Of a stretch of DNA of 64,000 nucleotides, positions 60,358-64,000 are shown one piece after another (within the stretch, counting starts at the first letter, position 1; each line of letters opens with the position of its first letter). The notes under the pieces are model-generated. The model did no database searches, had not been told where the DNA came from, and worked only from the letters and a program-made list of their open reading frames with translations. The position numbers and the translations under genes are program-made. The stretch comes from a virus. Taxonomy: Duplodnaviria; Caudoviricetes. Location of the stretch: IMG/VR virus record IMGVR_UViG_3300033073_001635, positions 49,341-113,340 of that record; one strand, given 5' to 3'.

Positions 60358-61091
60358 TTCGCATCATCCAAGAGAATTTCATCTTTTACAACTATAACAT
60401 TCTCTTGTGCAATTAATAAAGCTTCTCTAAGTTTTTGAATTTCGCCTAAAACCTTTGAATTTTGATTTTCATTACCTAATCTAGAAACAAAATCTGCTTT
60501 AGACTTTCTAGTTTCCATCAATTTTTCTAACCAACGTTCTCTTCTTCTCTCTAATTTATCAATTAATTCTAACAATGGATGTAATTTAGTTTGAGTAGCT
60601 ACATCTCCATTTTCATTAAAACCAGTAATTTCAGTTAAAAGAAAATCTCTACCAAAACCATTCTTATCTCCATTGCTCAAAACAGTAATAGAACGTTGTT
60701 TATATAAATCAATTAAAGCTAACTCATTAATAATACTCATCTCTACAGGGTTGGAAGGATCTACATCTAAATGCTGTATATAATCTATAATCTGTTGCTC
60801 TACAAAATTTTTCTCTAAAACACAAGACATACCAATAGGATAGTCTTGTAAATTTGCTTTTTGAATCTTGCCATTGACATCTACATCGTTAATTGGACAA
60901 CTAGCAAAAAAAGGACATTTATCTGGGCCATGACAAGTCAAGGGAGAAGCAGTATAAACTCCTTGATTTTTTAAATTAACTGCAATTTTAGATTTTTTTT
61001 CTTCAGTTAATTTATTTAAATAATTGTCATATCTAGAATTACTATTTCCTAATTTATTAAAATATTCTAATTGACGTGCTTCTTTAGACAT
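60354..61091 (-). CDS. Putative terminase small subunit
   Basis: First gene of the packaging/structural module; Cys cluster CHGPDKCPFFASC..C; helical C-terminus with LHP motif. Confidence 0.4.
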   Translation of the reverse strand: MSKEARQLEYFNKLGNSNSRYDNYLNKLTEEKKSKIAVNLKNQGVYTASPLTCHGPDKCPFFASCPINDVDVNGKIQKANLQDYPIGMSCVLEKNFVEQQIIDYIQHLDVDPSNPVEMSIINELALIDLYKQRSITVLSNGDKNGFGRDFLLTEITGFNENGDVATQTKLHPLLELIDKLERRRERWLEKLMETRKSKADFVSRLGNENQNSKVLGEIQKLREALLIAQENVIVVKDEILLDDAK

Positions 61092-61173
61092 AAAATTTCC
61101 TTATAGGCGATTTTTTTTGGTTAATTATTTTTTTAGAATACTGCTTTTTTCAGAATTAATAAAGCGAAAAATA

Positions 61174-61299
61174 CAGACCACCCCGGTCTACTATTAGTAA
61201 TTTTAAATATAGTGTCGATTGGGGGGAGGTAATATATATATTGCGCCAGAACTTTTCATTCTTTTTCAGCCCACCCCGGTGCTAGGTACATGTCGTACC
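61174..61299. promoter_or_regulatory. GC-rich repeated/hairpin motifs in divergent intergenic region
   Basis: CAG(A/C)CCACCCCGGT at 61174-61187 and 61267-61280; hairpins AGACC-ACCCC-GGTCT and GGTAC-ATGTC-GTACC; G6 run at 61221-61226. Confidence 0.45.
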
Positions 61300-61341
61300 A
61301 AGAAGAGTTGCAATCACCTGTACACAGAAAGGATTTCATAA

Positions 61342-62310
61342 ATGTACACTTTTTTCCTCAATTTTCTAAGTTGCTTTGTATTCTCCGAAAAAGAAGCAAA
61401 CCTAGGAAGTCTAGGCTATGTCCTAGGTCGTTTAACCATACCAATTCTCTTGCTTCACGTAAGCATCGAATGTGGTTCGTACTATTGTGTACCCCTTAAT
61501 GGTTTCCTTGGAATTATTGTTTTAGGTTGTCAAACCAGTAATCTACCAATCTTCTATGTTGCTGCAACTGAACGCTTTGAAGTGGAAGCGGCAAAAAGCA
61601 TAGATAAGCTGACATCTCTAATCATTATGATTCAAACAGTGCTCACCCTTGTAATTCTTTCAGGTACTTATCAAGATCCCAACTTGGTAGTAGTAGCTCC
61701 TGATGAAATTAATGCCTTCTCTAAAAGCGCTTTCTTCCATGAGAAAGTGTTAAGTAAAGAAGAGCTGATTTCTTACTGGAAAGAAAAAGAAGGTGCACTT
61801 GATGTTTCTAAGGAAATCTCTGAAGATTTCCTTAAACAACAGCATGATCTCAGAGTGTTCTTTTTAAAGAATCCTCAAGTTTGTATTGTAGGTGTTCCTG
61901 AACCCTATATGGGAGCTTTTGAAGCTACCAGAGGGTTAACTAGGCTTTTGTGGTCAGTACCACAAGCTTGGTATCATGAAAGAATGCACAGTTGCAAAAT
62001 TGGTTTATCTTTTTCCCATGGAGATAATGATCATATTAAAGTTCTCTCTTCCAAGAGGGCTTCAAAGGGTCATGATTCTGCCAGATGGATAGCTGCAGAA
62101 GACATGAAAAAAGCTTTTTCTCAGATAGATCTTGTGTTTATCACCTGTAGAGGTGATAGAGAACCTTTCTATGAAGGGGATTTTATCCTAGATCATCAAA
62201 CTGCAATTTGGTGGTCTACGGAAAAAGGCAGATCAACATCTGCTGATTGGCTATGGCATGTATACAATAACGGCAATTTGCAAAAATTTGTAGATATGTA
62301 TCGTTATTAA
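61342..62310 (+). CDS. Hypothetical membrane protein, 322 aa
   Basis: SD AAAGGA; several N-terminal hydrophobic segments and a soluble C-terminal domain. Confidence 0.65.
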   Translation: MYTFFLNFLSCFVFSEKEANLGSLGYVLGRLTIPILLLHVSIECGSYYCVPLNGFLGIIVLGCQTSNLPIFYVAATERFEVEAAKSIDKLTSLIIMIQTVLTLVILSGTYQDPNLVVVAPDEINAFSKSAFFHEKVLSKEELISYWKEKEGALDVSKEISEDFLKQQHDLRVFFLKNPQVCIVGVPEPYMGAFEATRGLTRLLWSVPQAWYHERMHSCKIGLSFSHGDNDHIKVLSSKRASKGHDSARWIAAEDMKKAFSQIDLVFITCRGDREPFYEGDFILDHQTAIWWSTEKGRSTSADWLWHVYNNGNLQKFVDMYRY

Positions 62311-62335
62311 ACTCTTTACAACAACCCTTAACAGG

Positions 62336-62387
62336 GAGGTCCACAGGTAGTGCCCTGTGCTGATGATGGCTTAGAAGCCGAAACCTC
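62336..62387 (+). ncRNA. Type III hammerhead ribozyme, copy 1 (cleavage after C62341)
   Basis: GAGGUC / stem I CACAGG-UAGUGC-CCUGUG / CUGAUGA / U / stem II GGCU-UAGA-AGCC / GAAA / CCUC closing stem III. Confidence 0.93.
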
Positions 62388-62422
62388 AGAAAACAAAACC
62401 CAAAACAAAAAGGAAGTCCCAT

Positions 62423-62632
62423 ATGGCTACTCTCAACTATAAAGACAGACATGGCAACAAAATGAGCGTATTGAACGTTCCAGTCGAAGTTGCGCAATCA
62501 TTAATTCTTAACAAAAAGCAATTCAACAAAATTAACCGATCTTGGTTAAGAAACGAAGAAGCAAATGTGGTATTTGATTGTTGCTGTTCCGAAAAAGTAG
62601 ATTACTTAATTTGGAGTCGTTTCTCTAAGTAA
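62423..62632 (+). CDS. 69-aa hypothetical protein between two hammerheads
   Basis: SD AAAGGA after an unstructured A/C-rich leader; the ORF fills the inter-ribozyme space. Confidence 0.7.
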   Translation: MATLNYKDRHGNKMSVLNVPVEVAQSLILNKKQFNKINRSWLRNEEANVVFDCCCSEKVDYLIWSRFSK

Positions 62633-62659
62633 TCGATTAACAAAAAAACCTTTTAAAAG

Positions 62660-62711
62660 GAGGTCCATGCGTAGTGCCGCATGCTGATGATGGCTTAGAA
62701 GCCGAAACCTC
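62660..62711 (+). ncRNA. Type III hammerhead ribozyme, copy 2 (cleavage after C62665)
   Basis: GAGGUC / stem I CAUGCG-UAGUGC-CGCAUG / CUGAUGA / U / GGCU-UAGA-AGCC / GAAA / CCUC; three compensatory pair changes relative to copy 1. Confidence 0.93.
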
Positions 62712-62772
62712 AGAACACACACTTGTAAGAGTCTTTAAGTTTAAAGACTTTAAATAAATAAACTTATCTCAA

Positions 62773-63384
62773 ATGTTAAAATCAATTATTTTCAGTTTAA
62801 TTTTCAGTATTTTATGTTTTGTAGTTTTAGACTACAAAACGCTGGTTTTCTTAAACAATGTTGTCATTCTATTGGTGCCAATATATGGAGCACCAATGTT
62901 TGTTGGTAAACCTGAGAAATGTAAAGACCCAATTATCATCTTATTTTTAATGGTATTTGCTTTCTCATTTTGTATTAGCCCAATCAAAATGATGTCTTCT
63001 CAAGAGAAACAACAATTACCTTGTAAAGGGTATATTGATCCTGAATTGGAAAGTAAATTCAACTATTTGCCAGAATATTCTCACAAATGCACCAGTGTGT
63101 TTCATGCTGGTCATGGAAGAATTGTAAATGGAGTACATCTACTCAGTTACAAAGATGTAGAATATTCTACAAGAGATATGATCGACCAATACAAACAAAA
63201 GAAGCAATATGTCTTTTCTTGTAGAGGAAAACAAAATCCAATATTGGATTTGATGAAACTGAATATCTCGTTTTTGTTTCAAGACAAAAACATTGAAGAG
63301 CAAGATGATAAAGAGATTATTTGGTTTGCCAAAGAAGGCACATTATTAGTGTCACTAATAAGTGTATGGGTCGATTTTAATTAA
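62773..63384 (+). CDS. Hypothetical membrane protein, 203 aa
   Basis: Two to three N-terminal hydrophobic helices. Confidence 0.65.
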   Translation: MLKSIIFSLIFSILCFVVLDYKTLVFLNNVVILLVPIYGAPMFVGKPEKCKDPIIILFLMVFAFSFCISPIKMMSSQEKQQLPCKGYIDPELESKFNYLPEYSHKCTSVFHAGHGRIVNGVHLLSYKDVEYSTRDMIDQYKQKKQYVFSCRGKQNPILDLMKLNISFLFQDKNIEEQDDKEIIWFAKEGTLLVSLISVWVDFN

Positions 63385-63436
63385 CACATGTAACCGTCTA
63401 GCTTAAAGACATTAAAGAAAAGCAAAGGATGAAATC

Positions 63437-64000
63437 ATGGATGTTTTGTTTATGAAAAAAGTTTCTGCTATTGATTTAATTGATAGCGTTGAGAAAGCAA
63501 AGAGTGTCACTTCTCAGCCTTGTACATCTCAGGGGATGTTTAGGGAAGTTTGGGTGGGTAATTATGGAGTATTGAAGAAAGGCAAAGATGTACCTGGAGG
63601 AGGTTTTGATATCTCTCTTGGGGGAGGAGAGATGAATAGGAGGGAATTTGAAGTGTGGACAAAGTATAACCATCTTGGTCTTTTGGCAAAAATCAATTGG
63701 GTCTCTCCTGATAATTTATATTTGTCCATGGAAAAGTTGAATATGAACGAAGGCTTGAAAAACAAAGCAATTAAAGATCTATTCTTTGATTTTTGGGTAG
63801 ACCAAAATGACGACAGAGAATCTGCTATCAATTGTTTAAACAGGGTGAAACTAGTGTTGTGGGCTTTATTAAAAGCTAACAACGAAAGAAAGTTGGCAAC
63901 TTATTTGATTAAATTGAATGGCTTTGATGGGTTGATGAACCCAGGAAAAGTCGATTTAAATAGGGAAATCTATGGGAAGTTATTACAACTTCCCAAAGAT
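63437..64000 (+). CDS. Partial ORF, protein kinase-like N-lobe
   Basis: Read manually: SD AAAGGA, ATG 63437, frame open to the window end; SQGMFREVW, VLKK, NRREFEVW, LLAKI..YLSMEK. Confidence 0.55.
   Translation, partial: MDVLFMKKVSAIDLIDSVEKAKSVTSQPCTSQGMFREVWVGNYGVLKKGKDVPGGGFDISLGGGEMNRREFEVWTKYNHLGLLAKINWVSPDNLYLSMEKLNMNEGLKNKAIKDLFFDFWVDQNDDRESAINCLNRVKLVLWALLKANNERKLATYLIKLNGFDGLMNPGKVDLNREIYGKLLQLPKD

Noticed and set aside
61290-61499. 69-aa plus-strand ORF
   Set aside because: It overlaps the 322-aa gene out of frame, and that gene has the better SD.
300-61710. Other CTGATGA occurrences on either strand (e.g. near 61700)
   Set aside because: Those I noticed are inside coding sequence and lack the flanking stems and GAAA; the scan was by eye, so it is not exhaustive.
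62655-62670. AGGAGG followed by ATG inside hammerhead 2 as a translation start
   Set aside because: The spacing is too short, the ATG is paired in stem I, and copy 1 lacks it.
62336-62711. CRISPR array or terminator interpretation of the 52-nt repeat
   Set aside because: There are only two copies 324 nt apart, no U-tract and no cas genes; the hammerhead consensus explains every conserved base.
62216-63882. Minus-strand ORFs 62216-62497, 63476-63673 and 63562-63882
   Set aside because: They are antisense to plus-strand genes and ribozymes; the real gene at the right end is the plus-strand ORF from 63437.
1-64000. Stop-codon reassignment, tRNA genes or transposases
   Set aside because: Genes are full-length under the standard code and end in TAA, TAG and TGA; I recognised no cloverleaf or transposase motifs.

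Overview
This AT-rich window comes from a large tailed dsDNA phage (myovirus-like, standard genetic code, Shine-Dalgarno-led genes). Positions 1-61091 form one tightly packed minus-strand virion module. In transcription order it encodes: putative small terminase, a 1616-aa DEDDh+SNase dual nuclease, large terminase, portal, prohead protease, major capsid protein, neck proteins, sheath, three tail-tube paralogues, chaperones, a probable tape measure, a 3222-aa protein with two-barrel RNA polymerase motifs, a 3467-aa baseplate hub with an M15 peptidase domain, and baseplate genes. After a structured divergent intergenic region (about 61092-61341), a plus-strand accessory (probably early) region begins. 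It holds two complete type III hammerhead ribozymes with covarying stem I that flank a 69-aa gene, and a kinase-like gene cut by the window end. The main highlights are the ribozyme-punctuated transcript (a 324-nt excisable, possibly circularisable mRNA) and a probable virion RNA polymerase whose catalytic barrel seems interrupted by about 1400 aa. All protein assignments come from motif recognition and synteny, not database searches.
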